Shown here piece by piece: positions 48,463 through 58,707 of a stretch of DNA of 64,000 nt (position 1 is the stretch's first letter; each line of letters begins with the position of its first letter). The notes below the pieces were generated by a model, which did not search any database, had not been told where the DNA came from, and worked only from the letters and a program-made list of their open reading frames with translations. Both the position numbers and the translations under genes were made by a program. The stretch covers positions 622,949 to 686,948 of the forward strand of contig OY764542.1 in NCBI GenBank assembly GCA_963668465.1, read 5' to 3'. The stretch comes from Dehalococcoidia bacterium (GTDB lineage: Bacteria; Chloroflexota; Dehalococcoidia; Lucifugimonadales; Australimonadaceae).

Positions 48463-49470
48463 TCAGACTCCCAGCCTGCTCCGCAGGCGTGGGTAGGCCT
48501 CCAGCGCGTTGCCCTCGAATATCTGGCGCTTCTCGGCCTCGGTGATGCCGGGGACGGCGTCGACGTAGGGTTTGGTGTCGTCGAAGTAGCGGCCTGTCCG
48601 TTCGTCGACGCCGCGCACCGCGCCGATCATCTCGGAGGCGAAGATGACGTTGGACGCGCCCATCACCTTAACGAGGAAGTCGATGCCCTCCTGGTGGTAG
48701 ACGCAGGTGTCGAAGTAGAGGTTGCCGAGCAGCAGTTCGTCGAGGGGCGGCTTGCCCATGTCCTGGGCGATGCCCCGGTAGCGGCCCCAGTGGAACGGGA
48801 CGGCGCCTCCGCCGTGGGGGAGGACGAACTTCAGACTCGGGAAGTCCGCGAATATCTCCGAGGTGAGGAACTGCATGAAGGCCGTGGTGTCGCCGTTCAG
48901 GTAGTGGGCGCCCGTGCCGTGGAAGTTGGGGTTGCACGACATGCTGACGTGGATCATCGCGGGGACTTCCAGTTCGACCATGCGCTCGTAGAGCCCGTAC
49001 CACCAGCGGTCGGTCAGCGGCGGGTCGGTCCAGTAGCCGTCCGTCGGGTCAGGGTTGAGGTTGCAGCCGACGAACCCCAACTCGTTGACGCAGCGGTCGA
49101 GCTCGGCGATGCACTCGGTCGGCGAGACGCCGGGTGACTGCGGGAGCTGGCAGACGCCGATGAAGTTGTCCGGGAACATGGTGCAGACGCGGTAGACGAG
49201 GTCGTTGACGGTGCGGCTCCACTGGATGCTGGTTTCAGCGTCGCCGAAGTGATGCCCCATGCCGCCCGCGGTCGGCGAGAAGAGCGCCACGTCCGTGCCG
49301 CGGTCGCGCTGGAGCCTGAGCTGGCCGTTCTCGATGGTCTCGCGTATCTCGTCGTCGCTGATCGACAGCGGCTCGGTGAAGGGTCGTCCGGCGCTCTCGA
49401 TCTGGCGGGCGCGCCATTCCCGCAGCTGTCGCGGGGCGGTCGTGTAGTGTCCGTGGACGTCGATGATCAT
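48463..49470 (-). CDS. ligJ: 4-oxalomesaconate hydratase (LigJ-type amidohydrolase)
   Basis: MIIDVHGHYTTAP, CQLPQSPG, NLNPDP, HFHGTGAHY-like NPNFHGTGAHYLNGDT, PHGGGAVPFHWGRYRG, FDTCVYHQ, FASEMIGAVRG. Confidence 0.85.
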   Translation of the reverse strand: MIIDVHGHYTTAPRQLREWRARQIESAGRPFTEPLSISDDEIRETIENGQLRLQRDRGTDVALFSPTAGGMGHHFGDAETSIQWSRTVNDLVYRVCTMFPDNFIGVCQLPQSPGVSPTECIAELDRCVNELGFVGCNLNPDPTDGYWTDPPLTDRWWYGLYERMVELEVPAMIHVSMSCNPNFHGTGAHYLNGDTTAFMQFLTSEIFADFPSLKFVLPHGGGAVPFHWGRYRGIAQDMGKPPLDELLLGNLYFDTCVYHQEGIDFLVKVMGASNVIFASEMIGAVRGVDERTGRYFDDTKPYVDAVPGITEAEKRQIFEGNALEAYPRLRSRLGV

Positions 49471-49609
49471 GGGTGGATTCTACGTCATGGGGTTGGACCT
49501 CGCCGGTACCCCTGCCCCGCCCGCGGCGAACTTGCGCATCGTTCAGGTCAAGCGCATGATGGCGCCGCCGATAACGAAGGGACTACGCAAAGCCGCTGGG
49601 AGGTGACTC

Positions 49610-50686
49610 GTGACTCTGCTCATCAACACGGAAGAAGCGCGGCGCGTCCTGACGATGGACGACTGCCTCGACTACCTGGACACCGCGTACAAGGACCTCG
49701 CGAACAAGGAAGCGGTGACGGCTCCTCCCGGAGGACGCTGGGACGTGTGGGTGCCCGTCGGGGACGAGAAGTACTACGTGTTCGGCACGCTGCAGGGCGC
49801 GAGCCGCCGCCTCGGGGTGTTCGCGATGCGGTTCAAGTCGGACATCATGCACTACCCGTGGGAAGCGGACGGCCAGACGCTCGACAAGTACTGCGTCGAA
49901 CCGGGCAAGTACTGCGGCATCATCATGCTGTTCAGCGTGTGGGACGGAGAGCCGCTGGCCATCCTGAACGACGGCCACATCCAGCACATGCGCGTCGGCG
50001 CCACAGCCGGAGTCGCGGCGAACTACATGGCGCGAGAGGACGCGACGTCGGTCGGCATGTTCGGCTCGGGCGGGATGGCGCGGACGTACCTCGAAGCGTT
50101 CGCCAAGGTGCGCAAGATCGACTACTGCAAGGTGTACAGCCCCACGAAGGCACACCGGGAGTTGTACGCGGCGGAGATGAGCGACAAGCTGGACATCAAC
50201 GTCATCGCGGTGGACAGTCCTGATCAGGTCACCGAGGGGACCGACATCATCGCGGGGTGCACCGACTCGGCGCAGCCCATCATCCACCCGCAGTACATGG
50301 CGCCCGGCATGCACGTAACGCCCGTTCTGCCGAAGGAACTGCCGCGAGAGTCGGTCGACATGTTCGACGTCGTCGTGCGGCATAACAATGGCGGGGCCGA
50401 GGGGTTCTTCGTCGGGCAGGACGAGGAGTACGCGGGTTTGCCCGCCGGGCACTTCGACAGCTCATACCGGGGCGTGGACCGCAGCGACTCCCCGACGCTT
50501 GCCGACCTCGTGTCGGGCAAGGCGGCAGGCCGCACGAGCGACGATCAGCTGACCTGCTACTACAACGTGCCGGGCTCCGGGCTGCAGTTCGCCGCGGTTG
50601 CATACCGGACGTACGAGCTGGCGAAAGCGGCCGGGCTCGGGCGGGAACTGCCAACCGAGTGGTTCCTGGAGGACGAGCGAGATTAG
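49610..50686 (+). CDS. Ornithine cyclodeaminase/mu-crystallin family protein
   Basis: GEPLAIL, MRVGAT, MFGSGGMA, GRTSDDQLT, GSGLQFAAVA. Confidence 0.85.
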   Translation: MTLLINTEEARRVLTMDDCLDYLDTAYKDLANKEAVTAPPGGRWDVWVPVGDEKYYVFGTLQGASRRLGVFAMRFKSDIMHYPWEADGQTLDKYCVEPGKYCGIIMLFSVWDGEPLAILNDGHIQHMRVGATAGVAANYMAREDATSVGMFGSGGMARTYLEAFAKVRKIDYCKVYSPTKAHRELYAAEMSDKLDINVIAVDSPDQVTEGTDIIAGCTDSAQPIIHPQYMAPGMHVTPVLPKELPRESVDMFDVVVRHNNGGAEGFFVGQDEEYAGLPAGHFDSSYRGVDRSDSPTLADLVSGKAAGRTSDDQLTCYYNVPGSGLQFAAVAYRTYELAKAAGLGRELPTEWFLEDERD

Positions 50687-50786
50687 GTTCCGAAACGGGC
50701 GTGTTCTTCTTGACACGCATGAGAGCGGTGTCCATCATGAGCGGCCAGCGCCGGATCTGATGGCGAATTCAGGGCAGGAGGGCGTC

Positions 50787-51992
50787 ATGGGAAAGCGAAA
50801 CAGGATGTGGCGGCTCCTTTCAGGGCTAATCCTCGCCACCGGACTCGTGGCGGTGCTTGCCGCGTGTGGTTCCGACCCGACGGCGACGCCGACGCCGGTC
50901 CCGCCGACGGCTACACCCACTGCCGCCCCTGCCATGGGAGCGACGGCTGAGCCTAGCGCTCCGGCAACAGCGACACCGGTACCTGTGCCATCATTCGACG
51001 CCGAGGCTTACTTCGCCGGCAAGACGTTGCGCGTCGTGGTGGCCTGGGACCCGGGCAACAGCATCGACGCACACGCACGAGCGGTGTCGCGAGTGCTGCC
51101 CAGGTACATCCCCGGCAACCCGAAGTCCATCGTCGTGAACAAGGACGGCGCAGCCGGCACGGCTGGCGGGAACTGGTGGCACGAGAACGCGGAGGGCGAC
51201 GGCCTCTGGCTGCTCGCAAACACCGGCGCGAACCCCATCTCCCAGATCCTGCGCCCGGGGGTACGGTACGACTTCCGCGATTACACGTCGATCGGCGGCA
51301 TCATGCAGCGCACGACGATGTGGATGGCCTCAGGCGACGCTCCTTACAGCCGCATCCAAGAGGCCTCCGGCGGCACGGAAGAGTTCACCGTTGGGTTGAA
51401 CACCGAGTCCGAGACCGGGACGGCGAAGGCGCTCGCACTGGCGCAATGGCTCGACCTGCCGATGAGGCCGCTGTACGGCATCGGGTCCGGCTTCTCCGCC
51501 TACCTGACCACATTCGACCGTGGCGACGCCGACAGCTACATCTCCGGCAGCGCCTGGTACCGCACGCCTGGCTCGCGTCCGGGCTGGTTCACCGACGGCG
51601 TCGTGCAACCGTTCGCGATGCTGGGTTCACCGGATGTCTTCGCCAACAACGGCGAGATAGACGTGCCCGACGACCTGCCACCGATAACCGAACTGCTGAC
51701 CGACCAGCAGAAGCTGATCTGGTCCGGCATGAACCTCGAAGACACGGCGTTCTACCGCGGCCTCTTCACGCCGAAGACGGTCGAGCCAGAGGTGCTTGCC
51801 GTGCTGCGCAAGGCGTTCGACGACATGTTCAACGACCCTGAGTACCAGGAGATCTACGAGAGCCTCGTCGGTCTCCCGGTCGACCAGGGCGGCAGGCTTC
51901 CGCCCGAGGTCGTGAACGAGGCGCTGGACAACTGGGCTGCGAACGCAGACGCGATCAAGGCGGTGTACGCACAGTTCCTTCCGGAGCAGTAG
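50787..51992 (+). CDS. Tripartite tricarboxylate transporter substrate-binding lipoprotein (TctC-like)
   Basis: Lipobox LAAC, PT linker, FAGKTLRVVV..PG..D..AR, PGNP..IVVN..GAAG. Confidence 0.8.
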   Translation: MGKRNRMWRLLSGLILATGLVAVLAACGSDPTATPTPVPPTATPTAAPAMGATAEPSAPATATPVPVPSFDAEAYFAGKTLRVVVAWDPGNSIDAHARAVSRVLPRYIPGNPKSIVVNKDGAAGTAGGNWWHENAEGDGLWLLANTGANPISQILRPGVRYDFRDYTSIGGIMQRTTMWMASGDAPYSRIQEASGGTEEFTVGLNTESETGTAKALALAQWLDLPMRPLYGIGSGFSAYLTTFDRGDADSYISGSAWYRTPGSRPGWFTDGVVQPFAMLGSPDVFANNGEIDVPDDLPPITELLTDQQKLIWSGMNLEDTAFYRGLFTPKTVEPEVLAVLRKAFDDMFNDPEYQEIYESLVGLPVDQGGRLPPEVVNEALDNWAANADAIKAVYAQFLPEQ

Positions 51993-52081
51993 AGAGACTT
52001 CGTGAACCGGCCAGCCGTTTCCCCTAACAGGGACGGCTGGCCGCTGCTCATCAGCACTTAACGCCTAAGGAGTCAGGCAGA

Positions 52082-54169
52082 GTGGCCGAGTACATTGCCG
52101 CCCTGGGGTTCCTCGGAGACCCGCTCTACTGGACGATGCTGGTGTTGGCGGTCGTGCTGCTGGGAACGATCGGCCTCATCCCGGGGCTGGGCAGCACGAC
52201 CATCGCCGCCATCGCCATCCCGTTCCTGCTGTTCAACTTCGGCGACAACCCCACTGCCGGCATCATCTTCCTTGCGGCGCTCGGCGGGCTGAACAACACG
52301 CTGGACTCGGTGCCCGCGGTGCTGCTGGGCTACCCGGGCGCCGCCACGCAGGTCACGTTCCTCGAAGGCCATCAGCTCGCGATGCGGGGACGGGCCGCGC
52401 ACACGCTGGGGGCCATCTACGCGGTGTCCGCCATCGGCGGAGTGGTCGGGGCGATAGCGCTGCTGGCCATGATCCCGTTCATGCGCCCCATCCTGGTCCG
52501 GTTCTCGTTCCCTGAGATCGCGGCTATGGCGATGTTCGGCGTGCTGATGGTGTCCGTACTGAGCCGAGGCGCGATGATCAAGGGGGTCATCGCCGGCCTG
52601 CTCGGCGTTCTGGCCAGCACCATCGGGACGGACGGCATCCAGGGCCTTCCACGGCTCACCTTCGAACAGGTCTACCTGCTGGACGGGCTCCCACTCATCC
52701 CGACGCTCATCGGGTTCTTCGCGCTCCCGGAGCTGATCGACCTCACCATGACGGGGCGGCCGGTCTCCCAGCCGGGAACGGTCTCGACCAAAGAGGTCTT
52801 CTCGGGGGCGCGGTACGGCGCGAGCAAGTGGCGGATAGCGATCCGGCAGAGCATCTTCGGCGTGTTCATGGGAGCGATCCCGGGGATCGGGAGCGCTGTC
52901 ATCGACTGGCTCTCGTACGCGTTCGGCATGGCGTTGTCGAAAGACAAGACCGGTTTCGGCAAGGGGTCGCTGGACGGCGTGCTCTTCGCCGAGGCAGCCC
53001 AGAACTCGAAGGAGGGCGGCCAGGCGATCCCCACGCTGGCGTTCGGCATCCCCGGCGGCTCTTCGTGGGCCATCGTGCTCGTCGGGCTCCTCTTCTACGG
53101 CATAGCTCCGGGACTGGGGATGCTCGACCAGCACCTGGACGTGATGGTCGCCATCGTCGTGACGCTGGCCCTGGGCAACCTGCTCATCACCATGATGGGG
53201 ATCGTGGCGACCGGTCAGCTCGCGAAGGTGACGCTGGTGCCCTACCCGCTGCTGGCGGCAGCCCTGTTCCCGCTGGTGTTCATCGCGGCGTTCCAGTCCA
53301 CGACGGCGTGGGGCGACATCCTCGTGCTCATCGGAGCGGGCATGCTCGGCCTCGCTATGAAATGGCTCGGCTGGCCGCGGCCTCCGTTCATCCTCGGCTT
53401 CATCCTGGGGCCCATCATCGAGAAGAACCTGTGGACGGCATTGAACGTGTTCGGCCCGGTGGGGATGCTCACGCGACCTATCTCGATCATCCTTTTCATC
53501 TTCGCGGTGCTGAGCGTCATCTACCTGACCAAGGCGATGGCCACGGGGACGGCGATCAGCAAGATCGCTTCTACCGCGGCCCCGCAAGGCGGCGTGCCGC
53601 CTGTGCAGGGTGGATCAGGAGACGAGCCGTCCACGGCAGCCAGGGCTTCCGGATGGAGCAGGATACTTCCGGGCCATCCCCGCATCGGCTGGACGTGGGA
53701 GTCGTCTTTCCCCTTCGCAGTGCTGGCGATAGTCGTCCTGTTCATCATCGACGTGAGCGCGTTGAGGACCGGGGCTGCGAAGTTCCTGCCGCTCTACCTC
53801 AGCATCGCTCTCATCCCGCTCATCCTGTACGAGACCTTCCGGATGAACGTATACCGCTCAGAGCGGGTGGACATCATGGACCTGGGGATGCGGACAGGCA
53901 CAGACCGGATAGCGTTCCGCGCGTTCCTGGGAATCTCGGCATGGCTGGCCGCCATGGTCATCGGCGGCGCCATATTCGGACTGCAGTACGCCACTGTAGG
54001 ATTCGCTGTCCTGTTTGGATTCGCAACGCTGAAATGGCGAGGCCGGAAGAGACTCTGGGCGCTGGTGCCCGGTGTGATCGTGGCTATCGTCGTATTCGGA
54101 GTCCTGGACCAGATCATGCACGTCATATGGCCCGACCGCGTTATACTCGACGCGCTTCTCGGGCGGTAA
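52082..54169 (+). CDS. TctA-family permease fused to a C-terminal TctB-like membrane domain
   Basis: GLIPGLG, LLGYPG, EAAQNSKEGG..IPTLAFGIPG, GFILG..IE; extra ~150 aa multi-TM C-terminus after a linker. Confidence 0.85.
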   Translation: MAEYIAALGFLGDPLYWTMLVLAVVLLGTIGLIPGLGSTTIAAIAIPFLLFNFGDNPTAGIIFLAALGGLNNTLDSVPAVLLGYPGAATQVTFLEGHQLAMRGRAAHTLGAIYAVSAIGGVVGAIALLAMIPFMRPILVRFSFPEIAAMAMFGVLMVSVLSRGAMIKGVIAGLLGVLASTIGTDGIQGLPRLTFEQVYLLDGLPLIPTLIGFFALPELIDLTMTGRPVSQPGTVSTKEVFSGARYGASKWRIAIRQSIFGVFMGAIPGIGSAVIDWLSYAFGMALSKDKTGFGKGSLDGVLFAEAAQNSKEGGQAIPTLAFGIPGGSSWAIVLVGLLFYGIAPGLGMLDQHLDVMVAIVVTLALGNLLITMMGIVATGQLAKVTLVPYPLLAAALFPLVFIAAFQSTTAWGDILVLIGAGMLGLAMKWLGWPRPPFILGFILGPIIEKNLWTALNVFGPVGMLTRPISIILFIFAVLSVIYLTKAMATGTAISKIASTAAPQGGVPPVQGGSGDEPSTAARASGWSRILPGHPRIGWTWESSFPFAVLAIVVLFIIDVSALRTGAAKFLPLYLSIALIPLILYETFRMNVYRSERVDIMDLGMRTGTDRIAFRAFLGISAWLAAMVIGGAIFGLQYATVGFAVLFGFATLKWRGRKRLWALVPGVIVAIVVFGVLDQIMHVIWPDRVILDALLGR

Positions 54170-54199
54170 ACCGCATCGCGACCGATAAAGGAGGCACCC

Positions 54200-54787
54200 A
54201 TGCGCCGCACAATGATCCGACAGACCACAGCCGCAGCCATCATCGTGGCGCTTGGACTGGCGTTACTCGTCGCCCTGTTGCCGGGAGTCACGCCGTTCGG
54301 CTCCGAGGCCCGAGGACAGGACGGCGATTCCGCGCCGAGCGTCGTTGTCTGGCCGGGCGTCGGAGAACTGCATAGCGGCAGCAGCTTCGCGATCATGGGC
54401 ACCGGTTTCGAGCCGGGGCAGGAGATCCATGTGGTGCTGCAGACGAGCATCGGGCGAGGCTTCGCCGGCACCGTCCTGAACGAGATCACCGGGAACGTGC
54501 AGCCGCCGATCGAGGTGGTGGACGAGTCGGGGAACTTCGCCGCACGCTTCGACATGGGGCGGTTCGAGCGCGTGATGTCGGAAGGCATCGCGGGCATCAG
54601 CGTGACCGACGCCGAATTCAACGTGCTGGCGTCGACTCCCGTAGCGATGTGCGACCCGCAAGGCCGGTCGCGGGTGGGTGTGTACCCGCAGGCCCCGCCG
54701 GACTACGCAGCAGACCCGGATGACCCGCGCCCGAGCACGTACTGCGCCGGTTTCTTCGAGTACCCCGAACGCCCCGACGCAGGTTAG
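54200..54787 (+). CDS. Exported hypothetical protein
   Basis: AGGAGG RBS, signal peptide, GTGFEPGQEI..VDESGNF beta-rich pattern. Confidence 0.7.
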   Translation: MRRTMIRQTTAAAIIVALGLALLVALLPGVTPFGSEARGQDGDSAPSVVVWPGVGELHSGSSFAIMGTGFEPGQEIHVVLQTSIGRGFAGTVLNEITGNVQPPIEVVDESGNFAARFDMGRFERVMSEGIAGISVTDAEFNVLASTPVAMCDPQGRSRVGVYPQAPPDYAADPDDPRPSTYCAGFFEYPERPDAG

Positions 54788-54809
54788 TCCGCGCTCACAT
54801 ATCGGCAAG

Positions 54810-54835
54810 GAAGGGCCAGCTCCCGCTGGCCCTTC
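54810..54835. terminator. Hairpin terminator between convergent genes
   Basis: gaagggccagc-tccc-gctggcccttc. Confidence 0.6.
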
Positions 54836-54871
54836 TGTCGTGCGTCGGCGGCAGGGGCTGTCCCTCGTCCC

Positions 54872-56239
54872 TTACGGAGAGCGCGACTCCAACAGGTCCG
54901 CAACCTGCATCCCCGTGCTGTAGCCGCTGGAGAGGGCGCCGTTGACCGACGGCACACGCATGTAGTCTCCCGCCAGGAAGAGGTTGTCGAAGCGCCCTGC
55001 CATCTGCCCAGGGACGTTTGCCATCGCGGCGAGCATGCCGGGGTCCCCCATGCACAGCGCCTGCTCCCAGCGGTACACGCGGAAGAACAGCCCCTCGTCG
55101 TCGCCGGGGAGAGCGGAGCCCGGAGGAGCCTTCCGGCGGGCGGCGCCCAGCAGCTGGCGCTTTATCTCGTCGTCGTCGAGAGGGATGAGCTCTTTGGCGC
55201 GGTCGCGCCCGATGAGCAGGTCGAGGATGCTCTTGCCCGGAGGCGCGCAGGCAGGGAGGAAGGCGCACCTGTCCAGCAGGAGCGGGGTGTCGTCGTCCTC
55301 CGGGTAGAGCGCGCCATGCCAGCCGGGAGGGAGTGGGGCGTGGTCGAGGCCTATCACCACCCGGCAACCGGTCGAGTAGCTGACGGTGTTGAACGCGCGG
55401 CGCGTCTCTTCCGGCAGATCGGGAATGAGGTCCGGGACTTTCGTGCCGGGGACGGCGCAGATGACCGCGTCCGCCTCGATGGTCTCGCCGTCCACGACTA
55501 CGCGGGCAGCCTCCCCGTCTGCGGCAACGATCCTCCTCACGGGGGTCGATACTCGAATCGCATCCGAGCAGGCATCGGCGAGGGCCCCGCTCAGGGAGCC
55601 GATGCCTCGCTCAGGCATGTAGACCCTGCCGGAGTGCAGCATCGTCTCTCCGATGTACGCCCGCATCAGCGCCTGACCTGCGGGCATCGGGTCGCCCAAT
55701 ATCATGTCGAGGGGCCCTCTGAGCGTGACCTGCAGGTTCTCGGGCACCCGGAGGCGCTTCAGGTAGTCGCCGAAGGACTCATCGTCGTCGATCTCGGCGA
55801 GGGGGCTGTCGCCGGCGAAACTCATGTATGCGGACTGGCGATGGATCTGCCGCATCACCGCAGAGCCAGCCCGCATCCCTGAGGGTGAGAGGAAGCCCAT
55901 GGTGAAGGCCGTACGCAGGTGCCTTACGAAGTTCCAGAGCGATTGGTCCGGCGTCGTGGTGACCCACCGGCCATTGCGATGGTGGCCGAACTTCATCTTG
56001 GACGGGACCAGCGGCAGTCCCAGCTCCTCGCAGAGGCGGAACGCGGTGTCGTAGGTGTAGGTGAAGACGAATGCGCCCATGTCCAAGGAGAAGCCGTCCA
56101 CCTTCTCGCCCCTGCCGCGTCCGCCCACATGCTCCTCGGCCTCGAGCAGGAGCGGGGTGATGCCCCGCTTCATCAGTGCGTAGGCGGCGCTGAGCCCGGC
56201 GAAGCCCCCACCGACTATGACGACCCGCTGTGCGGTCAT
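54872..56239 (-). CDS. FAD-dependent oxidoreductase (protoporphyrinogen oxidase/amine oxidase-like)
   Basis: VIVGGGFAGLSAA, EAEEHVGGR, DMGA, LFLAGDY..NGALSSG. Confidence 0.85.
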   Translation of the reverse strand: MTAQRVVIVGGGFAGLSAAYALMKRGITPLLLEAEEHVGGRGRGEKVDGFSLDMGAFVFTYTYDTAFRLCEELGLPLVPSKMKFGHHRNGRWVTTTPDQSLWNFVRHLRTAFTMGFLSPSGMRAGSAVMRQIHRQSAYMSFAGDSPLAEIDDDESFGDYLKRLRVPENLQVTLRGPLDMILGDPMPAGQALMRAYIGETMLHSGRVYMPERGIGSLSGALADACSDAIRVSTPVRRIVAADGEAARVVVDGETIEADAVICAVPGTKVPDLIPDLPEETRRAFNTVSYSTGCRVVIGLDHAPLPPGWHGALYPEDDDTPLLLDRCAFLPACAPPGKSILDLLIGRDRAKELIPLDDDEIKRQLLGAARRKAPPGSALPGDDEGLFFRVYRWEQALCMGDPGMLAAMANVPGQMAGRFDNLFLAGDYMRVPSVNGALSSGYSTGMQVADLLESRSP

Positions 56240-56271
56240 GAGCGCGGTCCCTTCAAGAGTTGCCTTGGATG

Positions 56272-56348
56272 TGGTGGGCCGGGCAGGACTTGAACCCGCG
56301 ACCAGACGATTATGAGTCGTCCGCTCTGACCAACTGAGCTACCGGCCC
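56272..56348 (-). tRNA. tRNA with CAT anticodon (probably tRNA-Ile2, lysidine; elongator Met not excluded)
   Basis: GGGCCGG TAGCTCAGTTGGTCAGAGC GGACGACT-CAT-AATCGTC ... GGTTCAAGTCC ... CCGGCCC ACCA. Confidence 0.92.
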
Positions 56349-56397
56349 CGGGCACTAGTATATGCGCCGCGCTGAAACACGGGGGAAGGCGACGCAG

Positions 56398-56425
56398 CAA
56401 GCCCCTCGCCTATGCGAGGGGCTTG
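56398..56425. terminator. Hairpin downstream of Clp-N gene
   Basis: caagcccctcgc-ctat-gcgaggggcttg. Confidence 0.55.
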
Positions 56426-56458
56426 TCATGATTCCGCAGAAACGATGAGTCGCGCTGG

Positions 56459-57412
56459 CTAGTCGGCTTCCGGGGGCATCCCGCGAATGACGGAGGCCAC
56501 GCGGTCGGAGGTGATGCCGGAGCTGTCCAGCAGCTGTCCGGCCACGTCCTCGGGGTTCTCCACGAGTGCGAGCAGCAGGTGCCCGGTGCCGACGGTGCGA
56601 AGGCCGCCGTTGCGGGATATGCGTACCGCCCGCTCGATGACGCGCTGGCAGCGCTGGGTCATGCTGGCGGTCCCGCCGAAGAGCGGGCCGCGCCTGCTGA
56701 TGATGCTCTCGATCTCGCGCCTGATGGACGCGGGGTCAGCCCCGAGTTCCGCGACTATGCGCGCGGCCTGTGAGCGCGAATCGCTCAGCACGCCGAGGAG
56801 CAGGTGCTCCGTGCCCATGTTGGACTGCTCGAAGCGCTTGGCCTCCTCCTGCATGAAGGAGAGCGCCCGCCACGCAAGGCCGGTGAAACGTCCCGGAGCA
56901 GCGTCGCGCGTCGCGCCGCCACCGCTCGAGCGCTGCGTCAACGCCACGGCGGCGCCCTCGTCGGGCGGCGCCTTCAAAAGCACCCGCAGGCCCAGTGTCC
57001 CGAGCAGCAGAGCGCCCAGCGACGTCGCAATGACCATCCGTCCGGGGATGCCGACCAGGAAGGAAGGCAGGCCGAGGAACGTGCCGGAGTTGAAACGCTC
57101 CAGCGGGATGAAGAGCATGAGCACAAGCGGGGCCACGACGAAGACGTAAATGAGCCACGAGTATCGCGTCCCGTACTGCGCGCTGCCTCGAACGCCCACG
57201 ATCATCGCACCGCCCACGACTATCCCGATGACACCGACAAGCAGTGTCCGCAGGTACGCGGCCAGATTGCTGAGTGCGCTTGGGAGCGGCCCGTGACCCA
57301 GAGTGCGGTCCGTGCCTTCCGCGAACCACATCGCGACGAGCAGCAATACCCAAAGGACTACCGAGGCCAGGATTACGGAGGTTGCCTGTCGAGCAGGAGA
57401 CTTCTCGATCAT
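56459..57412 (-). CDS. Membrane protein with C-terminal Clp N-terminal (Clp-R) repeat domain
   Basis: Four hydrophobic segments, then RFT..A.RAL..QEEA..GTEHLLLG ... VGTGHLLLAL; no AAA+ module. Confidence 0.78.
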   Translation of the reverse strand: MIEKSPARQATSVILASVVLWVLLLVAMWFAEGTDRTLGHGPLPSALSNLAAYLRTLLVGVIGIVVGGAMIVGVRGSAQYGTRYSWLIYVFVVAPLVLMLFIPLERFNSGTFLGLPSFLVGIPGRMVIATSLGALLLGTLGLRVLLKAPPDEGAAVALTQRSSGGGATRDAAPGRFTGLAWRALSFMQEEAKRFEQSNMGTEHLLLGVLSDSRSQAARIVAELGADPASIRREIESIISRRGPLFGGTASMTQRCQRVIERAVRISRNGGLRTVGTGHLLLALVENPEDVAGQLLDSSGITSDRVASVIRGMPPEAD

Positions 57413-57658
57413 GTTCACACTGAAGCGGTCTATGCCGCGAGGTATTCTCAGATACCCTACTTTACCCGCAAGATCCAGCCGCGAGAAGGATTCAGCCTTC
57501 CCTGTTTGAGGCTATTGGCAAGCCCTCTTCCTCGGGCGCAGCGCACTTCTTCCCACCCACCCGCCCGGTACGTTGTGGGGGACACCCCCACACCCCCGAG
57601 AGCCCTCACCCCTGCCCCGCCCCACCGCGAGCGGCTCTCTGCGCCGCTCCCTGGATTC

Positions 57659-58686
57659 CCTAAGTTCACAAACGAAGTGCAACACCAGATTAAGGTGTTG
57701 CCATGGGAGAGTGCTATAGCCAGCTCAGCATTGAGGAACGATGTGAGATTGCCCGTCTACATACCAAGGGAGCCTCGATCAGGGAGATCGCAGCAGGTCT
57801 GGATCGCCCGGCATCGACAGTTGCTCGGGAGTTGAAGCGCAACGGTTCACGAGCCGGCTACCGGGCGGTATATGCGCAGGAGCAGGCGCGTGCGCGTCGT
57901 TGGTCCGGAGTTCGGCTGGAGCGGGATGAGGAGTTGCGCAACGATGTGTTGGAGCGGCTGAAGCTGGGCTGGTCGCCGGAGGCGGTGGCAGGACGGCTGA
58001 GGAGAGAACGTGGCAAGAGCGTCATCTCCCACGAGAGCATCTACCGCTTCATCTATGCCCAGAGCGCACGGCACAAGGACTATGGATGGCGCCACTATCT
58101 GCGACAGAAGAGGTGGAAGCGCGGGAGGAGACGACGCAGGCATAGCCCAGCCTCGTTCATCGCTCACCGTCGCCCCATAGCAGAACGTCCCGCCTCTGTT
58201 GCCGACCGGCAGACGTTCGGGAACTGGGAAGCGGACGTGATGCAGTTCGGCCGCGCAGGGCAAACGGTGTTGGCGTTGCACGAGCGTCATTCACGAGTGT
58301 TGATAGGAGTGCGGCAGGCTTCGAAGGCCGCCGCACCGATCGCCACGGCCATGGCGGGCATCCTTGGCCCTCTACCACCGGAGTTCCGCCAGACGGTCAC
58401 CTTTGACAACGGCACGGAGTTCGCTCACCACTATGAACTTCACGCCTGGGATATCGAGACGTTCTTCTGCGACACGTACTCGCCGTGGCAGAAGGGAGGC
58501 GTGGAGAATGCGATTGGACGGATGCGTTGGGTGTTGCCCCGGAAGACGGACCTGGCTGCAGTGTCGGACGAGGAGTTTACGGCGTTGATGCAGGCATACA
58601 ACAATACGCCGCGCAAGTGCCTCGACTACCTCACCCCAGCCGAGGTCCTGCTAGACCACGTGTTGCACTTCAAATGTGAATCCACC
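57659..58686 (+). mobile_element. IS30-family insertion sequence, copy 3
   Basis: Same ends and interior; flanks ctggattc / ttcccgccttcgcgggaatgac. Confidence 0.92.
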
Positions 58687-58707
58687 TTCCCGCCTTCGCG
58701 GGAATGA
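57703..58707 (+). CDS. IS30-family DDE transposase
   Basis: Identical to copy 1 except target-derived C-terminus FPPSRE. Confidence 0.93.
   Translation: MGECYSQLSIEERCEIARLHTKGASIREIAAGLDRPASTVARELKRNGSRAGYRAVYAQEQARARRWSGVRLERDEELRNDVLERLKLGWSPEAVAGRLRRERGKSVISHESIYRFIYAQSARHKDYGWRHYLRQKRWKRGRRRRRHSPASFIAHRRPIAERPASVADRQTFGNWEADVMQFGRAGQTVLALHERHSRVLIGVRQASKAAAPIATAMAGILGPLPPEFRQTVTFDNGTEFAHHYELHAWDIETFFCDTYSPWQKGGVENAIGRMRWVLPRKTDLAAVSDEEFTALMQAYNNTPRKCLDYLTPAEVLLDHVLHFKCESTFPPSRE

Noticed and set aside
54872-56348. Genomic island integrated at the tRNA 3' end
   Set aside because: No integrase nearby and no duplicated tRNA 3' fragment noticed by eye.
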